DNA of 63,347 nucleotides, filler included, from Octopus bimaculoides (taxonomy: Eukaryota), in NCBI RefSeq assembly GCF_001194135.2. It is 6 parts of 5 records of this genome, joined end to end, with 100 filler letters (N's around TTAATTAATTAA, not from the genome) between each part and the next. Parts side by side here need not be neighbours in the genome. Positions count along the whole stretch, not along the records: positions 1 to 16,437 come from NC_068981.1; positions 16,538 to 32,420 come from NC_069006.1; 4 more parts are not named here. One strand, given 5' to 3'. How positions within the stretch are numbered: position 1 is the stretch's first letter; each line of letters opens with the position of its first letter. Made by a program: the position numbers and the translations under genes. Under the pieces are notes generated by a model. That model made no database searches and was not told where the DNA came from. It saw nothing but the letters and a program-made list of their open reading frames with translations. Positions 12,462-24,779 of the stretch are shown one piece after another.

Positions 12462-12704
12462 ATACTAGTATATATATATATATATATCGGTTAGTCCATG
12501 CTCGTTGAAGGTGTATATTGGGTTAATTTGTAGTTGGTAAGACCTTGGAAAAATAGTAGTAAAACCCAATATTAACCCGAGCGTCACGCTTAGTAGCTTT
12601 AAGACTCATTTCGGTCACTGTTCTTATTTGTTGTGATATGTCAACATATTTTGATGTATACTTGTGACCCGATCTCATTTCACTTTCTCAATATACATAC
12701 ATTC

Positions 12705-12775
<71 letters not shown>

Positions 12776-13389
12776 CTCGTAATATTCTGTGATGTGAAGA
12801 AGATGATTTATAGTTTTCCCTGATAATTTGTGGCCTTTCATTTTCTTTTTGTAGTATGTGAAGTGCTTCATTTAAGTTTGGGTTTATTTATAATAGGATT
12901 GTTGCTAATGTTGTCGTTGCTGTCTTTTTAATCTTATATACATTCTTTTTCTTGTTTGAAAATATAATAGTGTCATAATTAGATGTTTACCAAGAGATAA
13001 ATAATATCTTGATAAGTTTAGTGGAGATACATGTTTTATACATATTAGTAAACTTCTTCAACGTATTACCTCGTTGACCTCATTATTTTGCTGTTCTCAC
13101 GACTTTCTAATCGACATTATCACTCAATGGTGTTCCTACCTTTATAATATTTCCTCCCACGCTTTCTAAGTTCCCCTCCAATTGAATGCATGATGCTTTC
13201 AGTAAAGTAGAACAATACCCATCACATACATTTTTTTTTTTTTGTTCTTTTACTAGCTTCAGTCATAGAATTTTGCTGGGTTATATAAATTTCACCTTCT
13301 CCCAAGATACGAAATGAATGCAAAGTGGACATCTGCGTAAGACGTTTTCATTCAGTCAAGTTGTAAAATCGAGATGATTTTAGAATCTA

Positions 13390-13429
<40 letters not shown>

Positions 13430-13458
13430 TTTATTTAAAAGCAGCAGAAATATAACAA

Positions 13459-13504
13459 AAAACTGTTATTCGGAGTTTCACGTTCCCGTTCATCGGACAG
13501 TTTT
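13459..13504 (-). ncRNA. Type-I hammerhead-ribozyme-like motif (variant core)
   Basis: Minus strand: AAAACTGT-CCGATGA-ACG[GGAA]CGT-GAAA-CTCCGAAT-A-ACAGTTTT; 8-bp stem I, 3-bp stem II, U4>C core variant, imperfect stem III. Confidence 0.55.
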
Positions 13505-13867
13505 GTTAGAAATGTCCGACGAACAAAACTGTTTCATATGATATATTGCTTCGTAAGAATGCCTATTGAAGACATCGATTTCACGCAGTGATTAATGCTT
13601 GAGTCAGTCTAAAGAAATTAGCCTGTTGACATCAAGAATTTGAAAATAAATGAAACACTTATCCATTATGTATTCCAACACCCCCACCCCTAACCCGATA
13701 CTTAAATTAGTGAGATGTACAGCCAGAGGTACCTTTTTCAGCTGAGAGAATTTGACAATTGTACACTTGTTTTGATCATGGATATAGTGCAGCTCCAACG
13801 GTGGACTATTAATTTTGTCTCTTTGGACTTGTTCGGCTGCATTCCACGCTCAATATTAGTTTTAATA

Positions 13868-14097
13868 GCGGTGATGGCTTGGCGAAATAGTTAAAACATC
13901 GGGAAATATAATTCACCGTTTTTCTTATAAATCTTTCGGTCCTGTATTCCTATTTCACCTAATTCAACGTTGTCTTTCACGCACACCAGGTCGATAAGTC
14001 AAAGTACTAGTAATGTTCCGTTTCAATATAATCGATTAAACTTCTCACCGAAATTTTAGGTGAATGATTTCGGAGTTTGGCTACAATGGAAATAAAT
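13868..14097 (+). mobile_element. Degenerate SINE family A
   Basis: Diverged match (TTCAACGTTGTCTTTCACGC...GGTCGATAAGTCAAAGTAC...) to 153-362. Confidence 0.55.
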
Positions 14098-16371
14098 TCT
14101 TTCTGTAAACATTTTTTTTTTGTTTCTGTTTTTCCTTTGAATTGTCAGTAAATCACAAAAGAACCTACAAGTGATAAAAATCTTAGTTATATTTTGTAAT
14201 CCTATATTTACTGATATTTATCCCATTCTATTTCTCTGCCAGTCAACTTCTACCCTCCTCGACCACCATCATTTTTTATTTAGTATGTCATCACCCCATG
14301 CTGAGATTGATAAATAAGCAGGATTAGATATCTCAGCGTTGGTAGTTCATTTCTCATAATAGCCTTGCGTTTCTCAATATAATGTAATAATATCTTTATT
14401 TTGAACCATGCCAAACAGTAAATTTCTTGGATGAGACCTATATCTTGAAAAAGATTCATTTTAGTAGGATCGTTAACAGAATTTGTAAACGTGGAATTCA
14501 ATTCAAAAATAACTATCTTATACTTATTTACATGTTCAAAGAGATCTAACATATTAAGTCTAGACAAAAAGTTTCAAGCTTTATTAGCTCTTCATCCGAG
14601 TTAACAGAGCCATTGATATCTCCTGGCTTATTGTTTTCTGTTAATCTGTAATGTTTCCATTTCTTAAATAGTCATTTTTTTCAAATATTATACCAATAAT
14701 AATTTAATTTTAGTATAACAGAATGCTTGTAATGCGTTTCATGTAAACAGTTCTCGCGATTGCGAGTTTTTATTATGGTAAAGATTAATTCCTTTTAGCA
14801 GAATAAATTAACTACAATTAGATTAACATATATAATACCTGTCAGACTGTTTTGACTGCTGTGTATGTGCTTTACGACGATCACTATAATATATAGACAC
14901 TTATCAGATAAGCTAGCAGCAGAGAGATGATTAAAATTCACACCAATGTTAATGAATATCAGGAGGGTTATTATTTCAAGTTGTTAACTGTTCATAGCTC
15001 AACGCTTTTCTTTTAGATGGATATCTAAAATAATAATGTAGTTTAATATTTACAGTCTGAAGTGTGATTTAAGCAAGTATTATCGATATAGATTAAAATT
15101 GTGAGATTGATGACATTGCTCAGATAGTATGTGTACAAAATTAGGCAGCTCTGTAAGCTGTTCTTCTGTAGATACAGCTGTACAATATCATTTTTCTAAC
15201 GACATCCGTGAATTTGTTCTAACCAAGATGAATTGTTAATGAAGAAGCATTTAGAAAATATATTAATTAAATAATATAGTTTTAGAAAATATATTAAGTA
15301 AATAATATAGTTTTTCCATCGAGTTCAAGTAAACTGTGAATCTAAAGAACTATACATTTTGATATAATGAAATATAATTTATTGCTTAATGGAATGCTAT
15401 GTTTTACTTATAATTAGGCGTGCAGCTATATGGCTCCGTGGATTAGATTTTCTTGTGCTCACGTATTTTCTGATGAAGAACAAGAAATTTTCTTCTCAGT
15501 AAAATACAAAACCGAAGCTCAGATTTCCTCTTCTGATAATGTACATCAGCACCTACCGGCTAAAAGTGTTTATTTTTACCACCAAATTGCTACACTCTAT
15601 CCGTAAAGTGATTAGTGAATATGCTTTACAAAGTATTTATTTAAATTTAGAACACATATTTTGAGTTGCTACGTTCTTGAAGATCTATTTCAGTGAAGTC
15701 AAAATAAAACAACAGTTCATGTTATTTACAAAAATTTATTTCGTTAAACGTATTTTAATAATTCAAACCACTTGGAGCAAATAATAGTTGATCTCAAAAT
15801 ATTCCAAAAGCAATAATTAATAAATTTGATTTTGCGATAACAACTTTCCGAAACTGAAATGTAATGTATCGAAGTTAAACGCAATTTCGAGAAGCATTGT
15901 CTTTCCCTTCTCTTGATAATACCCAGAAGCAAAAGACGTTAAGTTGCTGATTAAACACTCTCACGAAAACTATTGATACTTTTCATTAAATTGAACTTCC
16001 TTCATTGCGTTTTCTGACACTTTTCCTTCATAGCTATCGAACAGTAACAACATTTCTGTAAACCACATCGACTGTCGAATGTTGATTCACATTGTATGAA
16101 AAAGAACTTGTTTTACAAATTAAGGTCATATTCGACATAAAATGAATGCTGTTATTTTTTCTTTTGCTTCCGTGTAGTAATACTGTGGAGTGTAGTAATA
16201 CTGGGCCACACCTTAAATATCTTTAGTCGATAAAATAGAGTCAAATACAAATTTTAAATGTAGGAGTACTCTATTGTCTCTTTCTTTTTCAAGCTGTTAG
16301 TGTTACAGAGACATAAGCTAATGACAGATTGGCAAGCAATGAAAGACAACCACAATCACAAAGACGCATGC

Positions 16372-16437
<66 letters not shown>

Positions 16438-16537
16438 NNNNNNNNNNNNNNNNNNNNNNNNNNNNNNNNNNNNNNNNNNNNTTAATTAATTAANNNNNNN
16501 NNNNNNNNNNNNNNNNNNNNNNNNNNNNNNNNNNNNN
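16438..16537. other. Synthetic scaffold join (44 N + TTAATTAATTAA + 44 N)
   Basis: Identical 100-bp construct at 32421-32520, 44495-44594, 49711-49810 and 54162-54261; the 12-mer gives stops in all six frames. Confidence 0.95.
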
Positions 16538-16814
16538 ATGGTTAGTGATAGGACAGGGTCCTGGGGCGGCAGGGATTGTAGTGGTGGTGGTGGCAGTGTT
16601 TGAGGTGGTCTTGGTGGTGGGGAAGGGCGATGGTAGTAGTAATGATGGTGGCGGTGGTGGTGATGGTGGTCAGTGACTGGGCTTCATAGTGTAAACAAGG
16701 ACAAAGGTAATCAATGGAGAATGGGTGTGGTCACATGATGAGGGTAAGGGTTCAATATTTGAGATTAGCAAGCATCAACGGGAGGGGCCGGGGTGTGTGA
16801 CTAATTAACTGAAT

Positions 16815-16950
16815 TGTTAAAGTATTGGACAAACTGTTCCATTTCCAACAGCGTGTTGTGTCCTTGAGCAAGACACTCTATTTCACATTGCTCCAGTGAA
16901 TTCAACTGGCAAAAATGAGTCGTACCTGTAATTCAAAGGGGGCCAACTCT
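16815..16950 (+). mobile_element. SINE fragment (GTCCTTGAGCAAGACACT core; family C/E-like)
   Basis: GTGTTGTGTCCTTGAGCAAGACACTCTATTTCACATTGCTCCAG...CCTGTAATTCAAAGGG shares segments with 47029-47288 and 32521-32825. Confidence 0.65.
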
Positions 16951-17019
16951 ATCGCAAACACACAGTCATGCACACACATACACACACACATATATAGGGT
17001 GATAGGGATAACCCTCCCC

Positions 17020-17347
17020 ACCTCAGCCATGAATGACCATGTGATTGCACCGAGGAAGTTACCCTCTGAGGCACAAGTCTGGACAAGGTTGTTTTATGGA
17101 AGACCATCAATCTCCCATGCATACCAGCTTCCCCTCCTTTCCATGCCACTGTTATCCAAGAGAAAGGCAATGGGGCCGATAAGAGCTTGGCACCAGAGAC
17201 ATCGCAACTCATTTCTACAACTGAGTGAAGTGGAGCAACGTAGAATGAATTGCTGAAGAACACGACACACAGCCCAGTCCAGGAATCGAACTCACAATCT
17301 CACGATTGTAAGCTCGACACTCTAACCACTGAGTCATGTGCCTTCAC
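17020..17347 (-). mobile_element. SINE family D
   Basis: Reverse complement of 10150-10478; head ends ...CTAACCACTGAGTCATGTGCCTTC. Confidence 0.85.
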
Positions 17348-17774
17348 AATATATATATATATATATATATANNNNNNNNNNNNNNNNNNNNNNNNNNNNN
17401 NNNNNNNNNNNNNNNNNNNNNNNNNNNNNNNNNNNNNNNNNNNNNNNNNNNNNNNNNNNNNNNNNNNNNNNNNNNNNNNNNNNNNNNNNNNNNNNNNNNN
17501 NNNNNNNNNNNNNNNNNNNNNNNNNNNNNNNNNNNNNNNNNNNNNNNNNNNNNNNNNNNNNNNNNNNNNNNNNNNNNNNNNNNNNNNNNNNNNNNNNNNN
17601 NNNNNNNNNNNNNNNNNNNNNNNNNNNNNNNNNNNNNNNNNNNNNNNNNNNNNNNNNNNNNNNNNNNNNNNNNNNNNNNNNNNNNNNNNNNNNNNNNNNN
17701 NNNNNNNNNNNNNNNNNNNNNNNNNNNNNNNNNNNNNNNNNNNNNNNNNNNNNNNNNNNNNNNNNNNNNNNNNN

Positions 17775-17809
<35 letters not shown>

Positions 17810-18475
17810 GAGAGAGAGAGAGAGACAGACAGAGACAAACAAGTAGGAAGGGAGAGAAGGAGACTTAGAAAGAGAGGGAAGGCTAGATAGTTGGAGAGAG
17901 AGATGATGGGAGGGACAGAAAGAGTGTATGTGTGTGTGCGCACGCATGTATGTGTGTGTGTGTGCATGAAGGACAGCGAGAAAGCCAGAATGGTGAAGCC
18001 TTATCTGAGATCCAACAAATGCCAGTATTATTGCAAATAATCTGATTTGGGAGCCTTGCAAAAATTGCATCAACATCAAATGTCCCCCTGTTTACATAGA
18101 CATACGTACATACATACATATATATATGAGTATGTATATCAATATATGTGTGTGTGTGTGTATATATATAAATATATGTATATATGTGGCTCTGTATATA
18201 CGGACATGTAGATAAATGTGTGGCTGTGTGTGTGTGTGTGTGGAGGAATAGATGTGGCGTTTAGGGACACGGAGGATAAACTACTATTTAAAGACAGATT
18301 AACAAATAACTACAATTTGGAGACCGTTTCTCTCTCCACAACACCCACCCCACCCCACTGTGTATGGATATGCATATGCTGTTTACAGATACGCAAACAC
18401 GCTTATACACACACATATATACATATATATATACACACACACATATATAAACACACATACACATATGTTTATGAA

Positions 18476-18514
<39 letters not shown>

Positions 18515-19374
18515 GATATATTATGTCCATATATATATGTGCCTGTATAAATCTGTACGAGTACAAATTATCACACACACACACACACACACNNNNNNNN
18601 NNNNNNNNNNNNNNNNNNNNNNNNNNNNNNNNNNNNNNNNNNNNNNNNNNNNNNNNNNNNNNNNNNNNNNNNNNNNNNNNNNNNNNNNNNNNNNNNNNNN
18701 NNNNNNNNNNNNNNNNNNNNNNNNNNNNNNNNNNNNNNNNNNNNNNNNNNNNNNNNNNNNNNNNNNNNNNNNNNNNNNNNNNNNNNNNNNNNNNNNNNNN
18801 NNNNNNNNNNNNNNNNNNNNNNNNNNNNNNNNNNNNNNNNNNNNNNNNNNNNNNNNNNNNNNNNNNNNNNNNNNNNNNNNNNNNNNNNNNNNNNNNNNNN
18901 NNNNNNNNNNNNNNNNNNNNNNNNNNNNNNNNNNNNNNNNNNNNNNNNNNNNNNNNNNNNNNNNNNNNNNNNNNNNNNNNNNNNNNNNNNNNNNNNNNNN
19001 NNNNNNNNNNNNNNNNNNNNNNNNNNNNNNNNNNNNNNNNNNNNNNNNNNNNNNNNNNNNNNNNNNNNNNNNNNNNNNNNNNNNNNNNNNNNNNNNNNNN
19101 NNNNNNNNNNNNNNNNNNNNNNNNNNNNNNNNNNNNNNNNNNNNNNNNNNNNNNNNNATGGTGGTGGTGTTGGCAGTGGTGCAGTTGGTAGGGGAAGTAG
19201 TTAAGGTGTAGCACAGAGGTTGAAGGAACAAATAACTGTTATCAGGGATAATTCAACGGAAGAGCGAACCATTAAAGTTTGCGGATGTTGCTGTCGGTTT
19301 TTGATGATGAGTAAGCTGGCCGTTGTTGGATCTGTTCAACCACCTGCTCTTTGAATTGCAATATTCCACAAACA

Positions 19375-19475
19375 GGCATGGCTGCGTTGCTAAGAAGTGT
19401 GCTTCCCAACAACATGGCTCCGGGTTCAGTCCCACTGCATGGCACCTTGGGCAAGTGTCTTCTACTATAGCTTTC
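19375..19475 (+). mobile_element. SINE family B head fragment
   Basis: CAGGCATGGCTGCGTTGCTAAGAAG...GGGTTCAGTCCCACTG...CTTCTACTATAGC. Confidence 0.75.
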
Positions 19476-20014
19476 TATCTCAGACACACATGTACTCCCA
19501 CACAGACTCACACGCAGTTACACACACACACACACACAGGAAGTCACATACACAGTAATGTATGCACAAAGATGACCGCATACACATTCACACACGCACA
19601 CAGACATGCACACTGACACACACACATGCAGACACACACACTCACACAAACACACCCTCACACTGACATGTTCAGTCATTTTTGCCCTCACTACCCCAGA
19701 ACTATTAAATTCAAGTGAAACGCCATTTCTCCCCCCTCCCCCTCGACNNNNNNNNNNNNNNNNNNNNNNNNNNNNNNNNNNNNNNNNNNNNNNNNNNNNN
19801 NNNNNNNNNNNNNNNNNNNNNNNNNNNNNNNNNNNNNNNNNNNNCACATCTTGTATTAACTTTTTACAAATGTAATTAATTAAAAGATTAAATTATATTT
19901 CGTTTTAACAAGCAAATCTTCTCTGTTTTTTTGTTTCGGCTAATTATGACTGATGAAATTTAATCAAATCAACAGGTCTTCTGCTCCGATGCAATTAATA
20001 AACCAGGCAACCAA

Positions 20015-20260
20015 TAACAACAACAACAACAATGATAATGGTAATGATAATAATAATAATAATTTCTTTGTTGGCCACCAGGGCCGAACACAAAACATAG
20101 AGGATGATACACCGACGAATCCTAATCATAATAATAATGACAACAATGATGATGATGACGATGATGATGGTGGTGGTGGTGGTGGTGGTGGTGGTGGTGG
20201 TGATGGTAAAGATGACGATGATGATGATGATGATAGTAATAATAATAATAATCATAATCC
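20015..20260. repeat. Trinucleotide repeats (AAC/AAT/GAT/GGT)n
   Basis: Directly visible; source of the poly-N/D/G/H ORF artefacts. Confidence 0.9.
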
Positions 20261-20719
20261 TTGGCTCCCCCCTCATTATATTGATAACCTAACTCTCCCC
20301 TCCCCCCCCCCACCTCCGGCTGCTGGAACTATAATTCGGTGTAATTATTTATCTGAGAAGCCATCACTCTTTGTCGCAAATGTTGGCATTGCTCTTGGAT
20401 CTGGTTAATACTTTTAAAACACTTTCATTTGTTTATTTATTCAATTCTGTGTGTGTGTGGAGGGGGTGGAGTGCAGAGTTTAGATGCAACCTGTTGAGGA
20501 TTTTGAGGCAACAAGCCTGTATTTCATTGTTGTTGTTGTTGTGGTAGCCATGGTTTGCTGAGGCTATGGGTGACACAGTCTTTAGAGGTCAACCAGACAT
20601 ACTTGGTTTCATGGTTTCTAGATTTTAACTAAATAAACACATGTTGAAATACGTATGGCCTTCCATTGCATACTTCGTCAATCCAGGGCTTGATAATAGT
20701 TTCCAGTACCTCAATGTAT

Positions 20720-20932
20720 CCAGCAGCATTAATTCTAAGACCCTGCGGAAAAATGTAATTCTTATTTATTCACATTGTTTTCAATTAATCACGCATTATC
20801 TCTTAGCTTTGAGATTGTTATTTTTAGAATGACGTTGTAGGGTAGTGTGAGAGGTCAGACTTGGCCAGTTTGAACATAAAACAGGTGGAATGTTCGAGCC
20901 GGATGTGGCTGGTTTAAATGCTAAAGTGTTAA
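20720..20932. mobile_element. piggyBac-type MITE, degenerate
   Basis: Ends AATGCTAAAGTG+TTAA; interior is the reverse complement of 40078-40297. Confidence 0.65.
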
Positions 20933-21606
20933 AGTATATAGTTTGTAAATACTGTCTGGATGAAAAGAGTTTCTAAAGATCACACGTTACAGAGGTCAGA
21001 GGGTAGAGAAGTCATTTAAGCAGGCCACAGACTACAGACGTTTAAAAAGTTTCTCTTCTGACTATGAATCTTCTTCACTGCTTTCTGCATCAATTCATCT
21101 CTCAGATAAAACGAATTAAATCAGTCGATATCTTAATGTTCTACATTGTCACCAGAACCTCATAAGTTTAGTTTTAGAGAATATACCACCATAATCGAAT
21201 CATTCTTCTGTTCAGTTGCACTGCTGACATATTTATTCACATATTGTCTGTCTGTTTTTTCCTTCATTTATTTCTTCTCAACATATTCCGACATTACAAC
21301 TTATCACAGAAGTAGCAGGTGCTGCCATTAATTCTCCATGATCTTCTGTGACTGGGTCTTAATGTGACATTTCTACTGAATAGAAACAAACTTTGTCTTT
21401 CTCAAGGGCTGCACTTGATTAGCTACACTTCATTTGGCTTGTCTCTTAATTAGGGGTGGTCAGCTGAATGATTGGCCATCAAATCGTTTATAAATCTTAG
21501 TCACGTATAAACATAAGCGGTAGAAGAGTTTATTTTTCCAACCAAGTGGTTCTCAGTTCAGTTCTACCTTGAAGCGTTTTAGACAAGCATATTTATACAT
21601 GCACAC

Positions 21607-21691
<85 letters not shown>

Positions 21692-21743
21692 ACGGGCTTC
21701 TTTTCAGTTTCTGTCTACCAAATCCTCTGCTGTTTGTCAGGTC

Positions 21744-21965
21744 AAACGGCCAAAGTATCGGTCGCTCTCTGACAGATTTATCATTGAACCTGTGGCAGTG
21801 GAAACCTCTGGAATTCTTGGCCCCCAGACCACATCCCCGCTTACTGCCATCAGGGCAGAGATGGTTATCTGCAAGTATGAGCTCCATGAGTCCAAATGGC
21901 TGTTGCAAGGCATCTTCCTCACCATTCTTTGTGGCAACATCTTTTCCATTTTGTCCACTGGCGCC
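21744..21965 (+). mobile_element. CRE-like non-LTR retrotransposon C-terminal (restriction-like endonuclease) fragment
   Basis: KRPKYRSLSDRFIIEPVAVETSGILGPQT...ESKWLLQGIFLTILCGNIFSILST resembles the K..KY...F.P.A.ET.G..G...QR.S.A..RGN motif of RLE elements. Confidence 0.7.
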
Positions 21966-22450
21966 ACAAGGTGGACCGACAAGTCTTTTTACATATTTCT
22001 TTGCTATGAAGAAAAGAAAAGTTCCAATGATTTATTCCGTGGTTAGATTGTGATTTTTTTAGTTGCAGATTTGCATCTAATCACAATGAAACAGCAAAGT
22101 TAATTTTCTGAAACGACCGATATCAACGAATGTGATTTTCTGATTCTTCATTTTGAGTTTTCCTGTCTTTGTTGAATTGATTTTCAGCCAGATTATTCAG
22201 CCTTGATGCTATGAGGGACTGGCTTATCGATATTTTGAATTGCTGGCTAAATACTTCAGGAAATAGGCAAGATTATCATAGTCTGGACTCAATGACATTG
22301 TCTGTAATTAAGTTTTTAAGCAATATCTAGTTTCCTTCTTGAATAACTGAAAATCTCAGACCTCAAAGAACCGTATCTTTGTTATTAATGATATACAGAT
22401 TATAAAGAATAAATATATTATCATCATCATCATCATCATCATTATTATTA

Positions 22451-22690
22451 TTATTCATATACACTCAACAGATTAGACTGTTGGAAAAGAAAAATTCCTA
22501 ACATCAGGCTACAACAAGTAACCTTAATGCCAAGAACCCTCCCAAATATCCTTGCTGACCCTAATAACACTCTTTTCTGAAGCTGTACTAAACTGGGTTT
22601 TATGCCCCTTTCCTCTCTCCATCTGCTCAGATCTTTAGGGATAGTTCCCAATGCACCTATAACTACTGGGATACATTTTAACTGCATTAC
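22451..22690 (-). mobile_element. R4/Dong-like LINE 3' fragment within (TAA)n
   Basis: CIPVVIGALGTIPKDLSRW...GIKPSLVQLQKRVLLGSARIFGRVLGI is the typical R4/Dong/NeSL ORF C-terminus; flanked by TAT/TAA repeats on both sides. Confidence 0.8.
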
Positions 22691-22704
22691 TATTATTATT
22701 AAGA

Positions 22705-22865
22705 AGGCAATGGGCTAGCAGAATCGCTAGCACGCTGGACGAAATACCTGGTGGTAGTACTGGGCTTACAAAGAATTAGTCCCGGGGTCGATTTGTTCGA
22801 CTAAAAGGCAGTGCTCCAGCATGGCCACAGTCAAATGACTTAAACAAGTAAAAGAATAAAAGAAT
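22705..22865 (+). mobile_element. Chimeric SINE: family A head joined to family B 3' end
   Basis: GGGCTAGCAGAATCGCTAGCACGC (A head), then GGGCTTACAAAGAATTAGTCCCGGGGTCGATTTG...GAATAAAAG (B tail). Confidence 0.7.
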
Positions 22866-23279
22866 ATATATACATATATATATATTTATATTAGTTCCTA
22901 TCAGTTAAGGTGAGGGGTTCAAATTCCATCAGTACAATACCAACTTAATCATTCATTCCTCTGCTTTGTCAAAGAGAACACTCTTGCACCCCTTTCTGCC
23001 CCTCGTCCCTTGCATATTTCTGCATTTCTTGCTACGTAACCCCTTACCATCAGTTGCCAGCAAGCTGAACCCCCACAACCCCACCGCCCTGCTGGGGTTA
23101 CCCTCAATGAGATCCTTTGACATCCCACTTTTGTCATCATCCCCTTCACCTCCCTGACGCCCTGTCTCCTAGGAAACCACCCTCTCCCTCAAAAATATGT
23201 CAGTTATTCTAAAATAATCACATCTTGCTCATTGCTGTCTCATTATTTCTCTCAACTGACGTCGGGTCGGCTTCTAACG

Positions 23280-23730
23280 CAGCAATGGCAAAGGTGGTGG
23301 TTGTGGTAGTTGTAGTGGTGGGGGTGGTAGTATACGTGGAGGTAGTGGTTGTGATGGAAGTGGTGGTCGTGGTAGTAGTGCCTTTGTTGCATGTGTGGGT
23401 GTGGTGGTGGTGGTGGTGATGGTGGTGGTATTGGTTGTGTGTGGTGGTTGTGATGGCATAGTGGTTGTGTATGTGGTGGTCATGGTGGTAGTGCCTTTGT
23501 TTGGTGTTGGTAGTGGCGGTAGTATAAAGGTGGTTGCATAATATAAGGGTGTGGTGGTGGTGGCAGTAGGAGCAGTGGTACTAGAAGTGATATAGTGATG
23601 GTATTGCGTGTGATGGGGTAGGAGGTGGCGTTGGTTACGGTGTCGCTGGAGTTGGTAGCGGTGGAAGCGTGTGGTGGTGGTGGTAGTGGTGGTGGTAGTG
23701 GTGGTTGGTGGCGATGGTGGTGGCGATGGG
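23280..23730. repeat. Degenerate (GGT)n/(GTA)n low-complexity tract
   Basis: Directly visible. Confidence 0.9.
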
Positions 23731-24304
23731 TGGCTTTTAGGGTTATGTTATTAATGACAACAATAAAAAAAAAACAGCCCCGATGGAAGCAGCCTTCCTT
23801 AGCTGAGTACTCCCCCCTCTCTCTCTCTCTCTCTTCCCCCTTCCTTACAACCAGCCCCTCGTCCACCACCTCCCGTTCCACACCTTGATTCGTTTATTTA
23901 CCTGCACCATCCATGTTCACCTTCTCCCCCCCCCCATCATCGTGAGTCAGGGTGACAGGAAGAAGAGCACTTGTCGTCTGGGGTCTGGGATGTTTATTGT
24001 CAGCTTAACGACGACGACGACCTGGAAGCAGCCAAGCTCCCCACCACCACACACACTCTCTCTCTCTCTCTCTCTTTCTCTTTCTCCTTAATTCATAATT
24101 CTTTGTGCTCAACAAATGGTAAAAAGGCCTGCCACCGCCGCCGCTTCTACACGGGGAAACCGTAAGATCTGTAGAATGGAAATGGAGGGGTGGAAACGGC
24201 AAACGGTGAGACGACAGTTTATGACGAACGGTGCATTTGTTGAACGCTCTGCTAACAACTTCGCTTCTCCACTGCTTTTCTCTCTCTCTCTCCCTCTCTC
24301 TCCC

Positions 24305-24770
24305 TCTTACTTTCTATATATCGAAACAATGAACACATATCGTTCTGCCTTTCTCTAATGCTTCATACCTCTCTCTCTCTCTCTTATTTTCTATCCATCG
24401 AAACAGCCCTCACACATCTCTCTGCCTTTCTTCCCTTCACTGCTTCCCCATCTCTCTCTCTCTTACTTTTTATCTATCGAAACAACCGGCCCCCACATCT
24501 CTCTCTCTCTCTCTCGTACTTTTTGTCTATTGAAACAGCCCACACACACATCTCTTTCCCTTCCTCTCTCACTCTAATGCTTCCCCCACTTTCTCTTACT
24601 TTCTCTCTATCGAAACAACCCCCCACTCAAATATCTCTGCCTTTCATCTTCTCTCTAATACTGTTTTCTCTCTCTCTTACTTTCTATCTATCGAAACAAC
24701 TCCCCCCCACACACATCTCTCTGCCTTTCTCTCCCTCTCTAATGTTGTCTCCTCTTTCTCTCTCTCTCTG
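24305..24770. repeat. Minisatellite, six units of ~50-80 bp
   Basis: Conserved core CTTACTTTCTATCTATCGAAACAAC repeated six times with variable CT-rich spacers. Confidence 0.8.
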
Positions 24771-24779
24771 ACTAATTAA

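Larger units (their letters stand above)
12100..16150 (-). pseudogene. Decayed TLR-like locus C (LRRs - LRR-CT - TM - TIR)
   Basis: LRR-like IVQLYLQKNSLQ, KGINLYHNK, LSRLNMLDL, LPTLRYLIL (16.1-14.3 kb); NVCDGYC...RGNTLKKFTNMYKTCISTKLIKILFISW, then LIMTLLYFQTRKRMYIRLKR (LRR-CT/TM/basic patch, 13.2-12.9 kb); LEKK...LRICIH...TISNV...ILFSEFF...TLEAETA (TIR-like, 12.37-12.2 kb). Confidence 0.5.

Noticed and set aside
16482-16493. TTAATTAATTAA recurring palindrome (also 32465, 44539, 49755, 54206) as a biological motif
   Set aside because: Always centred in exactly 44+44 N; an assembly linker.
19953-20408. 151-aa N/D/G-rich ORF
   Set aside because: Made of trinucleotide repeats; no domain or splice support.
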